Positions 12,401-24,135 of a stretch of 64,000 nt of DNA are shown piece by piece; the first letter of the stretch is position 1, and each line of letters begins with the position of its first letter. The stretch comes from Camelus ferus (lineage: Eukaryota), in assembly GCF_009834535.1 (NCBI RefSeq), contig NC_045697.1, forward strand, positions 312,001 to 376,000, written 5' to 3'. A model generated the notes under the pieces. The model saw nothing but the letters and a program-made list of their open reading frames with translations, searched no databases and had not been told where the DNA came from. Made by a program: the position numbers and the translations under genes.

Positions 12401-15147
12401 GGTAACACTAGCACGTAACACACAGGAAAGAAGGCCACGCTGGGCACTGCCGAGACCCTGTCCTAGGCAGCCGTTCCTGTGCGCCTTGCGGAATCGGGAC
12501 AGTCTCACCTCCTCCTCCTCACACACGTGTCACGTGTTATACGAGGACAGGACTCAACGTCTGGAATAACAGAAAACTCCCACAGCTGCTGCCCAATAAA
12601 AAGTGGGGAAACGACCTGGACAAACATTTCACACACACAAAAGACACACGACTGGAGAGTCAGCAGGTGAAAAGGTGTTCGTGTTCCACGTTGTACCACC
12701 AAGGAGGCACAAATTCAGCCACTGTGCATGCTCAAGAACACACCCAGCCGCTGTCACAAGGACAGCGGGCGACCGAGGCGCCGCGCTGGGGCGGGGGTAC
12801 CTGGCGCGGCCCGACTCCGAGGGGTTTGGCTGTTTCAGGTAAAGTGAAACCTACACCTGGCCTAAAGGCCAGCGGTCCACTCCTGGGTATTTCACCTAAG
12901 AGTGAAACACACACATGTCCACACACACAAGAAACCCTGTGAAAACGTCCTTGGCAGCTTCACTGCTGACAGTCCAAAACAGAAACACGCAGGCCCACGG
13001 CCGGGGTGCACACGCAGGCCGCAGGCATCAGGGCAGCGAGCCCGGAACCCCTAAGGCCGGTGGTGAACACACAGGGCTCCGCAGGTCACACTCGTGACCT
13101 TCTAAAAGAGGAAACCAGGCAGGCGGCAGGGCGGGGCGTCTGGGGCACAAGTTTCCCTGGGGCGCCTCAGCTGTTCTTTCTGCACAGGTGTTTGCGACAC
13201 CACGCTTGCCTCTGTCAGAACACTTAAACTCCACACCGCCCTATGTAAATGACTCAATTCAAATCACTTTTAATTAAAAGACGGAGGCACAGCACGTGAA
13301 CGTGCAACTCCAGAGGGGGCCTGAATGACCAACAGGCACTGAAATACTCTCCAACTCATGAACCAAAGAAGCACCGATCAACAGAACCAGACACCACTCG
13401 TGCGCGCCAAAGTGAGGAGGATGCGGGGAGACTGGCTGCTGCCTGTCCTCCCGTGGCACAGGGTCACGGACGGTAGGGTGAGGGGGCACCGCTGGCTGGG
13501 ACAGCAAGCACCCGGGAAGCTGGGGCAGCAGCACGGGGGGCAGTTGGGGGATCTCCACGAGCTTTCTCCATCAGCGCTGTTTCTAAGAACTGGACTCTCC
13601 TGGGAGCAGAGTTCTGTTATCTCCCCTGTGCTCCCATGATCACAGCCTGCTACCTACCTGACAGGACACATGGCCCCACGCAGACGGCAGGGCCATGAGA
13701 GGAGGAAGGAGAGCCCCCTCCCCAGGGTGACCACCCGCCATGGAGATCTCCCCCTACTGTGTCCCGCTCCAGGCACTTACACGCCCACGGACGCCCCACT
13801 CTGGCCCCCCAACCATGCCCACTGGCAGCCGCTCCAGCAGCTTCTTTTACCTTCATGTCCTCTGGACACATCTTCCTCCAGGACACACCTAAGATGGAAC
13901 CAGCCGTTCCCACAGGCCAGAGTATCCCCTGGGCTCCCACCCCAACTCCACCATCACCCCCCAATCCCCTGCAGCTCTGGGAAGCTACAGACACCCAGAC
14001 CTCAGCACTGTCAGGATCATCATGGCCCTGACACCAGGGACTGTGCTCTGCGAGTAGTCAGGACCCCACAAGTGCTGCTGTGGTGAACGTTTCTATCCCG
14101 GGCTGGGCGCTGTCACTGTAGTTAATGGCTGACCACAAAGCTGCCCATTTGCCGGGGCGGGGAGGGGCACAGCGAGCATTCGGGCACCAGACAGGGACTG
14201 TCGCATCCCGATGGTCTCGACCAGCTGCCCAAGCCCCGTGCCCCTGCTGCAAAGACCCTGCCTATCCGTGCTCTGTGGTATCCGAAGAAGAAACGTCCAC
14301 TCAGAACCCTCCCTGGGAGAGACTGCCCTCGCCCTCAGGCCTCTGGGTCCTGGAGGAGGAGACACTAAGGGCCCAGCTGCGCTTCCTCAGTGGGAGAGGG
14401 ATGTGCCATGGCAGCCCAGCCATCTTCAAAACCCACCCGCGCAAGCGCTGAGCACCCCTACAGGAGGGTCTGGGTCCTCTGCCTCCACCACACCAACCTC
14501 AGTGGTTTCTGAAACCTGCGGCCAAGAGTCCTGACTACCACAGGGTCCCGCAACTGCCGCTCCAGCCACACCGTGCACTCCCTGCGCCCTCACCCAGTCA
14601 CAACGGAGGAGCCCGCTGAGAGCTGTGGCCAGAAGGCACCAGGCGGACGTCCAGGGCTTGGGAGGTGACATGGGGGTGTCCTCATGGCTTCTCAGGTGAG
14701 CCCTGACCCCAGAGAGAACACACACCCTTGAACAGGAACCACACCACGCGTGGCACACAAGCGTTCCAGTAAACGGGTGCTGATGCCTCAGGTTCACATA
14801 CCACCTGCCACACAGACTACAAAACGGCTGCAGGTCTTGTTCTAGCTATACCGCAGTGGCCACACACCACGTCGTCCACCTCACCCACCGCGAGTCCAGA
14901 GAACAAAGCAGCCGCAGAGGTGGCTGCCTGAGTGACGAGACCCTGGTCTGGGCATAGCGACCCATCCCTGTTATCCTTTCTGGCAGAGGAAGCAGGAGCA
15001 CAGAATGTACTTTAAGTCCACTAGGAATGGGCATCTCAGAGTTGTGGGTACTCCCAATAATCTGCTTTAAAAAAGTGAAAATTTTGAACAAATTCTGAAA
15101 AGATTAGAAACCTATCTGGCTCCACAGTTCTGCCCTACAACTCACTT

Positions 15148-15470
15148 CAGGTGACAAGTGCCAATTCCAAAAAGCTACGAAGACCAATGTTTTTTCCCTA
15201 AGACATGTGATAGTGAAACCTGATCTATTATAAATTCACGTGGGGCAACACCTGACATGAAGTGAGGTGAAGCTGTCTGAAGACTTAACTGTCCCACAGA
15301 GAGGATACTCACTCATTCAGTGACAAACACATTCATGCATTTGACCGTACAACACTTCCCCAAGTCCCGGGGCAGTATCCCAGGACACACAGGAATGCAC
15401 TATCTTTCTAAGTTCTGAAGAACTCTGACACACAGGTAGGTACCCAATGGTTTTGGGTTTGGGCCCTTGC
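15148..15470 (+). mobile_element. MER46C-like TcMar-Tigger MITE remnant
   Basis: ccaaaagctacgaagacc, acctgacatgaagtgagg and ctttctaagttctgaagaactctga resemble recalled MER46C. Confidence 0.45.
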
Positions 15471-17147
15471 TCATGCTTATACAAGCAGCTTGAATTCCCA
15501 TTCTATGAGCTTTGGAGGCAGTGAACCACCGGTGAAGTTTAAGAGGAGGAAGTCCACAGCTCACAGCCGCACTGTGACTGTGGCTCCTGACCTGCCTAGA
15601 CAGCCAGGGGAGCGCCCTCTGTGGCACAACCACAGCAGCTGCCCCGTTTCCTTGTTCTTCATTCTGGGTGTTAAGCCACGGGAACGAGCTTCCTTCTTTC
15701 CATGACCCGCTTCCCCTCCCACTCTCCTACCCCTGGCCTGCCCCTGCACCTGGCAGGGGTTCATTCTCACCCCTTGCACCTCAGCTGGGCCCCTGCAGTG
15801 AGCTGTCTTTTCAGAGCATGTGTCTTACTTTAGGTTCCACAAGGCAGAAACCATGTACTCTCCACTATAAATTTTCGGAAGAAACAAAATACTTGCCTGT
15901 TGTCTTCAGAATAAATGAACTGATCTGGGGAAACTCTCGCTCTAGTAGATATGCCAAAATACCACACTTCATAATGTTACTAGAGATACGGCACCACCAC
16001 ACCCCCATTCCCAAAAAAGCCTAAAATTTCCTCACCAAATCAACCCAAATCTCTTTGCTTCTGACCCTGGAGAAAAAATGTGTGATGATGCTAAGGCCAG
16101 AGTAGTGCCTCAGGCCTTCAGGAGATGGGCATCAAAACGGTCAGCTGGTTGAGCTCAAATGGCAGCAGGGGTGCCCGCCGTGACAGGGTGAGCCTACAGG
16201 TCTGAGAGCCACCAGAGACAGGCTTGGTCGTTCACTCTACCACTCTCTCGCCCCATCCTAACACAGGGGATACAGTTCTGTTTCAGCACCAGCCCCAAAG
16301 CCGTCTATATTTAGCTGGTGAGCACTACAGCTAGGGGAATCCGGCATACCCTTGTAAGCGCCACTGGACAACAAAGAAAAACCCAGAGGAGAAAACAGGA
16401 CCGCGGCAACACTGGTGATAAATTCTAGTGCGAGGAAGGGAAGGGAGAGGGCGTTCAGGAAGCTAGAAACAGCAGCAGAAACACAGCCGACTAAAGATCT
16501 ACCCGGAAATTCCTCCCCGACGGACCAGCCCAACCTGCAATGTTCAGTACAGATAACAGCTGTTAGCTCAGCTCTCCGTAAGTTCCATGGACTCACAGAC
16601 AGACGTTCGAGGCAAGGGGAACGCTCGGATGGTAAGAGGGGAAAGCCTGGTTAAAGGACACTGCGCCGTCTGTCCAACACTCAAGGAGAGCAAAACTGCA
16701 ATCACCCACGCCCAAGTTCCCGGCACCTGAGGAGAGCCAGCCCTACCTCTGTCCAGAGGTCCAGTCGCGTCCCGCTGCCCTACTACTGCCCTAGATGTGA
16801 GGGAAGGGCCGGGCTTATACCCACCCAGCCCCACTGCCCGCCCCCAGACTCCAGCCTGCAGCCCTGCAGCACCCTCCCGCCCCGCCACCGCCCGCACTGT
16901 GGCCCCGCACTCACGCCCCCAGCCTGCCCAACGTCCTTCCCACCGCCACAGCCTCTCCCCCAGGCGCGGTCGGCCCCACGCCTGCTGCTTCCACTCCCTT
17001 GCCACAGCCTGACCCCAGGCCTCCGACAAGGAAGTGCCCAGCCCTACACCGGCCTCACCCTCAGCAGCCACCTCCCGGCCGGCCGTGACCCTCGGCCCCG
17101 CGGCGACCCTCCCCGCGCCCGGCTCGTGCCCCCGGCCCCGGCCTCAC

Positions 17148-17292
17148 CCTCGGCCAGGACGCGCCGCACCCGCAGCCGCAGCTCGCCCATCTCCACCGTC
17201 TGCCCCACGAAGTCAGTCTGGTCGCGGCCGGCAGCGCCACCCAGGGAGCCCGGGCCCGCCAGGAAGTCGAGCGCAGACTGCAGCAGCGACAT
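17148..17292 (-). CDS. GAK: Cyclin G-associated kinase, coding exon 1 (145 bp)
   Basis: Kozak GCCGCCATG at 17292; MSLLQSALDFLAGPGSLGGAAGRDQTDFVGQTVEMGELRLRVRRVLAEG; GTGAG donor below 17148. Confidence 0.98.
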
Positions 17293-17519
17293 GGCGGCGG
17301 CCGGCAGCGGGCGCCGGGCGGAGGGCTCGGGGTCCAGCGGCGTCCGGGTCCGCTGGGCAACCGCCGGCCGCGAGCCGCCCCAGCTTCCGCCCGACGGCGC
17401 GACGCAGGCGCGGGGCCGCGACGCCGCCCGGAAGAGCGTAGCGCCTCACTTCCGCCTCGCGGCGGCTGCGCGTGCGCAGAGCGCTGGTCGCGGTTCGCGC
17501 GTGCGCGGCGCGCCGGCCT

Positions 17520-17576
17520 CGAGACGGACTTCCGCCGTCGAGCTCGCGGGAGGTGTTTGCGGCGGCTCCCGCCCAG
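17520..17576 (+). other. TMEM175: Probable non-coding exon 1 of TMEM175 (start approximate)
   Basis: CAG|GTAGCC donor at 17577 in the CpG island, head-to-head with GAK; TSS cannot be fixed from sequence. Confidence 0.6.
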
Positions 17577-18499
17577 GTAGCCCGGCTCCCGGCCCGGCTC
17601 CCGGCCCGACTCCCAACCTTCCCCACGTGGCTGTTTCTGCGGAGACTGCTGCTCAGGGGCTCGCCGTACGGAGGGCGGCGTGTGCCAGGCCGCGCGGCGG
17701 AGGAGCGGGTCGGGGGACGTCCCCGAGCGATCGAACTCCCGCGACGCCGGGCAGCGGGGAGCTCCTCGCCCGTCGGTTTGGTGGGGTCCGCGGTGTCTGT
17801 TGGTTTTTTTTTTTTTTTAATGAGTTGGTTGTTAATAAAAGACTTACGCTTTAAATACCCAGTCCTGCAGCTTCCGTAGGAAAATCAGATCTGGCAACAT
17901 TGGATCCAGAATCCCGAGTGTCACCAATCACCTAGAGCTGCCCCTCAGGTAAGACACGACCACTCGCCTGACCCACTTGGCTCACTTAAGTTACCTGGCT
18001 GCTTCCTGCAGGTACCTGTATGGAGTGTTCGTTCCCAAACTGAAAGAGGCAGCCGAAAGCCCCAGTCAGCGGCCTAACCCTCCTAGAATTTCAAGCTATT
18101 AAAAATCTCTTTCCAGACAGGTTAACACGTGTTATTCTTATAATAAAGTATCTTAGTCCATACAGTGCTTTCTAAGTGTCCAGTTTAGTGAGCCTAGCAT
18201 ACCTTGGAGAAGAAGGCACAGTACAGTTAATTCCCGCCCACCCTCCGCTTTGGGCGAGACACATGCTCAGCAGTGTCATTCCTCAGCCAGGTGGCCAGGG
18301 TCCACAAGTGTACGGCCAGAGTTCCACCGAAGTCATGCGGCCTTTCCACCAGCTTGCCTGTCTGGTCAATGGAATACAGAGACTGGGGCTCGGGAAGGAG
18401 AGAGACAGATGTTTGTTGGTCCCTAGCATATGGGTGGCAGTTGACTTGAAGGGAGCACCAGTGGCGACAACGAGGTTGGACTAAAAGAGGTTATAGTCT

Positions 18500-18900
18500 T
18501 CAGAGCGAAGAGTGGCCAGGGAAGCAGGAATAAGACCAAGGGAACGTTATGTCGTGGGGCCAAAGAGAGAAGATGTTTCTAGGAGAGAAAAGATAATTAA
18601 GCGTGTCAAATGCCATTTGAAAGTCAAATAGGAAAAGGAGTAAAAGATGTATGTTGGGTTTAGCAACAGTGAGACTTTTGATGACCTTGCTAAGAGTAAT
18701 ACTGTTTCATTGGCATGGTGGGCTGACCAGAAGTCGAAGGATATCGAAGGATACAGAAATGGAGATGTAGGTAACTCTGGGTGTTTGGCTGTGGAGGAGG
18801 AAGTGTGGGAGCTTGAGTGATGATGGTGCAGAGATGATTTAAGATGGGAGGTTCTGGAGCAGCCTAAAGCTGGTGGAAGGGAGCCAGTGAGAGAGGTTTG
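18500..18900 (-). mobile_element. LINE-2 remnant
   Basis: gtgtcaaatgcc...tttagcaaca...gatgaccttg pattern typical of antisense L2. Confidence 0.55.
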
Positions 18901-19410
18901 CTAGGGCAGAAGAGGCAGGTGTGAAGCGAGGTCCTCTGCAAGGTAGGAGGGAGTGACATGCAGCAATGTTCTCTTTGAACACAGGAAAACCACTCTTAAG
19001 TGTCACAGAAAGGAAGATGGGTTGCCGTTGCAGGTAACTTGTGTTTACTGGGATGAAAGCAAAGGGATTCTCTGATAACTTCTATTTTCACTGTGAATAA
19101 GGAAAAGAAAACATCTACTGAGAATGAGAAGGAAAGTAGGAGCTGAGGGTTGAGCAGTGTGGAAAGAAATCCAAAATAGCTGTTGCAGAAAACCTAGTGA
19201 ATAACTCAGTGGAAAGTATGATACAGTCTGAGGGTTCATTTGAGTTTGAGGCTGTGAATTTATTCTCGCAGGACCTAGGGTCAGGTGGAGATTTCTAAAC
19301 AGTGCGATTCCTTTGGAGCGAGAGTCTGTTCAGACTTGGTGTTTCATGCTTGTGGAGCACCTGTCTATACTGGCCCTGCCCTAGGTGCTCTGGTAACACT
19401 GTCCTAAGCC

Positions 19411-19481
19411 AGTAGAGTGCATGCTTAGCATGCATGAGGACATGGATTCAATCCCCACTACCTCCATAAAAAAATCAAAAA
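19411..19481 (+). mobile_element. 5'-truncated tRNA-derived SINE (camelid Vic-1-like)
   Basis: gtagagtgcatgcttagcatgcatgagg...ggattcaatcccc (B-box) followed by an A-rich tail. Confidence 0.7.
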
Positions 19482-20066
19482 CATACCTGTCTCCAGACCA
19501 CACTTCCCTCCTGAGCTCTTAGACATTTAGTCTTAGACAGCACATCTCATATATACGTGTCTAAAACTGAATTTATAGTCTTCATCCCCAAACCTGTTCC
19601 CTCTGTAGTAGATTTCATAACAAAGACTATTACCAAAAATTAAAATCATTATATAATGTTGAAGGGGTAAATTCACAAAAGACATGACAATACTAAACAG
19701 TTCTGCACCTAATAATAAAGCTTTAAAATACATGAAGCAAAAGTAATAAACTAAAATAAAACTAAGCAAGGAGAGGTAGACACACCCACAGTTGAGGTGG
19801 ACACTTCAATACGTCTTTCTCAACAAAAGATGAGCAAGTACCCCGACTCACCAGGGATGTGGTAGAGGTGAGTGACACCACTGACCAGCCTGACTGGGCA
19901 CGTGTGGAATGCTCTGCACAGTGACAGTGGCACACACAGTGTCAAACACGTAAAGAACACTGACCAAGATGGGGCGCGCTCTGGGCACATGCCCTCTGAC
20001 CACAGTGGAGTTAAGGTAGAAATCAACTGCAGATATATGGAAAATCACCCACGTGATCATCCATGT

Positions 20067-20265
20067 CAGCGTTTCCCAGCCTTGGCACCACTGACGTGGG
20101 CCAGGTAATTCCTTGCCAGGGTGGAGAGGTGTCCAGTGCACTGTAGGATGTTTGGCAGCTCCAAGGTACCAGGAACACACACCGCTTGTTGTAACCAGAG
20201 GGTCTCCAGGCATTGCACATGTCCCTTGAGGGGCAAAATTCTCGGTTCTCAGTTGAGAATCACTG
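20067..20265. mobile_element. MER20 (hAT-Charlie) MITE
   Basis: Termini cagcgtttcccagc...gttgagaatcactg; internal gcactgtaggatgtttggcagc; flanked by ctctagat hAT target. Confidence 0.8.
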
Positions 20266-20658
20266 CTCTAGATTTAAAAACAAGAAGAAAGAAAGGTTCC
20301 TAGAACTGGCAGGTGAGCTCAGTCAGGCTGCAGGGTACATGGTTAATACGTAAAAAATACATGCTATTTTTAAATAACTGGCAACAAATACTGGAAGTTG
20401 AAATTAAGGAAAAGACACCACTTAAAACAGCATCAAAAATATTAAATACTTGGGATAAATCTGAAAAAAAAAAAGATGTGCAAGACTTATAAACTGAAAA
20501 ATGAAAAACTTTGAGAGAAACTAAAGACCTTAATAAGTGGAAAGATACACAGTATTCATTAACTTAGAAGATTCAGTGTTGGAAATCAAATTAATCAGTC
20601 AATGCCATTCCAGTTAAATTCCCAGCAGACTTTTTTTTGTAAAAATTGACACACTGTC

Positions 20659-20803
20659 GGGGCGAAGGCATATAGCTCAGTGGTAGAGCGTGTGCTTAGC
20701 ATGGTCCTGGGCTCAATCCCCAGGACCTCAGTTAAAGAATAATAATAAAGCTAATTACGCCCCCCCCCAAAAAACCCAATAAATTTTAAAATAAAAATAA
20801 AAA
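20659..20803 (+). mobile_element. Near full-length tRNA-derived SINE (camelid Vic-1-like)
   Basis: A-box tagctcagtggtagagc, B-box gggctcaatcccc, C-run and A tail; degenerate TSD aaaaattgacacactg / aaaaatcaacactg. Confidence 0.8.
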
Positions 20804-22609
20804 TCAACACTGGTTTTAAAATTCACTTGGAACTGCAAAGAAACTAGAATAAGTCTGAACAAGAACAAATTTGTATGCCTTTATTTTCTGACTTCTGTAC
20901 TTACAAAGCTGCAGTAATCCAGGTGGTGTGACACCGGTATGAAGATGACAGAAGTAGATCAGTGGAACAGGATACCAAGCCCGGAAATTGGCCCCCAAGT
21001 AAACGTATGGTCAGTTGACTTTGAATAAGGAGTAAAGGTAATTGGAGAAAGGGTAGTCTTTTTAACAAATGATGTTTGAAACATTGGATATCCATGCGTT
21101 TAAAAAATGCTTATCCGTACTTTGCATCAAAATAGATCATAAATCTAAATGTGAAACCTAAAACTCTAAAACTTCTAGAAAACAGTCTGTGAGGGTTTTC
21201 ACTACAGCAGCAGAGAGCAACCCATAAAAGAACAGAGAGCCAGGACTCGTCAGCACTGAGAGCTTCAAACTGCGTTGTGATGATGCGCTTCCTAGGTGGG
21301 TGGACACACTGTGGTGCTCTGTGACATGGGATCTTATTCAGTGATGAGAAGAGACGAGCTGCCAAGCCCCCGAAAGACGGGGACCTTAAAGTCACTTACT
21401 GAGCAAAAGAAGCCAGTCCAAAAACACTACCTATTGTTTGATTCCGGCTGCGTGACATCCTGGGAAAGGGAAGATGTGACAGGTGCCAGGGGCTTCAGGG
21501 GAGACAGGGGGGGCTGGGAGCACGGGATCATAGGGCTGTGGAAGTGTCCTGTGTGCCTCTAATGGCGAGGGCAAGTCGCCCACTTGTCAGAATCACCCAT
21601 GGGACCAGAGCACGCAGTGTGGCCTGGCCGTCCGGTGTCCAGCTGTGCCACACCGTGGCAGGGAGCTGACGGTATGGGAACTAACTCTGTACTTTCCCTC
21701 AGGTTTCCTGCAGACCTGAAACTGCTCTAAAAGTAGTTACTGATTTAAAAAATATATATGTGTTTATTGTTGAGGAAATGAAAACACAGCCCAGAATGGG
21801 AGAAGATATCTGATAGTGGACTTGTGTACAGAATGTATAAAACACACACGTGAACAAGCTTGCATGGACACAACAAGGGAGGCCCACAGTCCCTGCGCCG
21901 TCCCCGCCGAGAGGTCCGGGCCCCTGAGTGAGCGCACAAGGCTCTGCGAGTGAGCCCCAGCCCAAGTCAGGTGCCCCTCGCAGGCTGCGCCCGGGCTCCA
22001 GCCCTCGTGCTGTGGTCACACCACGCTCTCTGTCACACACACGCACAGCCAGTTCCTCTTTGCCTTCAGTAATCCTCACAGCATTTGTCTGAGAATGAGA
22101 AGAGGTAGTTTGCATGAAGTATTCGAAACAGTGCTTGGCACTCAGTGAATATTTGATAAACGTCTCTCATGTTCTCGTCACTTTGTCATAAATATTTGCA
22201 GACGCCCCTTGTTCTGAGGGCTTCGCCAGACTCAGTCCACCCAGGGAAGCTCCGTGCTCCACGGTGCCCTGAGGCGTCTCTGGGACAGCGCTGACTTGCT
22301 GTGGGGGGCTGTCCAGGCCAAGTCTGCCGCTAACGCCCGGCGCAGGGCGTGGCGCTCTCCAGGGTCACAAGCCTTCATTACTGCCTCTGTGTTGTACAAG
22401 TTTTCAGCTTTTCCTCCTGTTGTCATCGGAACTTTTAAAAGTCTCCTGTCTCTTCTCTCATTAAAGAAAAATCATTTCTCAACTCCGCCCTCCTCTACTG
22501 TCAGTCCTGTTTTCTTCCTTCGTCACCACGAGTCTTAGGACTTGTGTGTGACGCAGGTTACGTGCAGCTGACATGTTTTTGAACATGTATTGTGCCAGGC
22601 CCTGGGATG

Positions 22610-23720
22610 TATTTGCCCATAGTAAAGTACACGTAACAAAATCTGCCGTCTTAACCCTCTAAGCGCACAGCTCAGGGGCATGAGTACTTTCACACCACTG
22701 TGCGGCCGTCGCCACCACCCGTCCCCAGAACTCTTCATCCTACAAAACTGAAACTCTGTTCCTGCTGAACAGTAACTCCCTCCTCCCCACCAGCCCCGCC
22801 AGCCGCCATTCTGCTTTCTGTCTGCAAGACTGACTCCTCTAGGGACCTCGTGTAAGTGGAATCACACAGCATTTATCCTTTTGTGGCTGGCTTATTCCAC
22901 TCTGCATAGTGTCCTCGGGTTCATCCATCTTGTAACAGGATAATTTCTTTCCTTTTTAAGGGAGTTGAATAACATTCCGTTGTAGATGTATTTGCCACAT
23001 TTTGTTTAGATGTTCACCCATAGATGGACACTTGGGTCATCCACCTTTTGGCTACTGAGACCCGGGCCACATTTTTAGTTAATTTTTGGATGTGATATAA
23101 GGTACTCTCCAAATTCAGTCTTTGGTATGTTGATATCCAGTTGTCCCAGCAACATTTGTTGAAAAGACAATTCTTTCCCCACCGAATGGTCTTGACACCC
23201 TTAACGCAAATCAGTTGACCACAAACGTAGCAGTTTACTTCTGGACTCTGATTTCTCCACTGGCCTGTCCGTCTGTCTTTATGCTGGTACCACACTGACT
23301 TGACTAGCATGGCTTTGCACTAAGTTCTGAAATCGGGAAGTGCGAGTCCTCACCTTCGTTTTCCGTTTTCAAGATTGTTTTGGCTACTCTTTAAATAGCC
23401 AAGGGTTCCTTAAATTTCCATATGAGTTTTAAGGTCAGCTTGTAAACTCCTACAGGGAAGGCAGTTGGAAGTTTGATAGGGACTGAGCTGAACCTGTAGC
23501 TCAGTCGTGACAATGCTAAGTTCTTTAATCCACGAGCAAGGGCTGTCTTTCCCCTTATTGGGGTCTTTAATCTCTTTAGTAACTTTTTGCACTTCTTTGT
23601 TAAACTTTGTTCCTAAGTATTTTGATGCTATTGTAAATGTAATTGTCGTCTTAAGCTTATTGTCAGATTTGTTATTGCTAGTTCAGAGATGTGTTGTTGA
23701 GTTTTGTATATTGTTCTTGC
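22610..23720 (-). mobile_element. Antisense LINE-1 (3'UTR and ORF2 end) ending at the TMEM175 first coding exon
   Basis: gatatccagttgtcccagcaacatttgttgaaaagac and tattttgatgctattgtaaat are antisense L1 hallmarks. Confidence 0.8.
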
Positions 23721-23750
23721 TCAGACCTGTGCTTCCTCCCAGGCCCCACC

Positions 23751-23903
23751 ATGTCCAGGCCCCAGAGCCCAGAGCCGGCCCTGAATGTGCAGGGAGCCTC
23801 CTCCATAGGCCTGGGGGATGAGGACGCTGCCGACGGGACCCAGCACTCCCACCGCATGCTCAGCTTCAGTGATGCACTGTTGTCCATCATTGCCACTGTG
23901 ATG
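23751..23903 (+). CDS. TMEM175: Endolysosomal K+/H+ channel TMEM175, first coding exon (153 coding bp)
   Basis: CCACCATG; MSRPQSPEPAL...HRMLSFSDALLSIIATVM with RxxxFSD motif; GT donor 23904. Confidence 0.97.
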
Positions 23904-24096
23904 GTCCGTGTGGGCCCCGCCCAGACCCCGGCCTGGGTCCCCACCGCCTCCTGAGCTCCCCAGGCCCCAGGCAGTCAAGAGGGTGGGAGGAGCAGCCCAG
24001 GGCTGGCTCAGGTCCCCGACACCATGGCATCCAAAAAGCAGTCAGTGCCCAGCCTGAGAGGTGTCCATCGGGTCATTTTGTGTCTTGTTCCCATAG

Positions 24097-24135
24097 ATCC
24101 TGCCCGTGACCCACACGGACATCTCCCCGGAACAG
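24097..24135 (+). CDS. TMEM175: TMEM175 coding exon 2 (39 bp)
   Basis: catag/GTACT; ILPVTHTDISPEQ. Confidence 0.95.

Larger units (their letters stand above)
16850..17800. promoter_or_regulatory. CpG island / bidirectional promoter of GAK (-) and TMEM175 (+)
   Basis: Dense CpG; ETS motifs CCGGAAG 17428-17434 and ACTTCCG 17448-17454 and 17528-17534; NRF1-like TGCGCGTGCGCA 17467-17478; E-box CACGTG 17624-17629. Confidence 0.9.
19610..21760 (+). mobile_element. Fragmented LINE-1 (endonuclease, ORF2 and 3'UTR remnants) hosting MER20 and a SINE
   Basis: gcacctaataataaagctttaaaatacatgaagcaaa, tctctgaccacagtgga-like segment, acttacaaagctgcagtaatc. Confidence 0.75.

Noticed and set aside
18123..18134. 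Perfect 12-bp palindrome TAACACGTGTTA containing an E-box
   Set aside because: Several palindromes of this length are expected by chance in 64 kb, and there is no other support.
20659..20730. tRNA-like sequence with A and B boxes
   Set aside because: No proper acceptor stem, and it has an A-rich tail and TSD, so it is a SINE rather than a tRNA gene.
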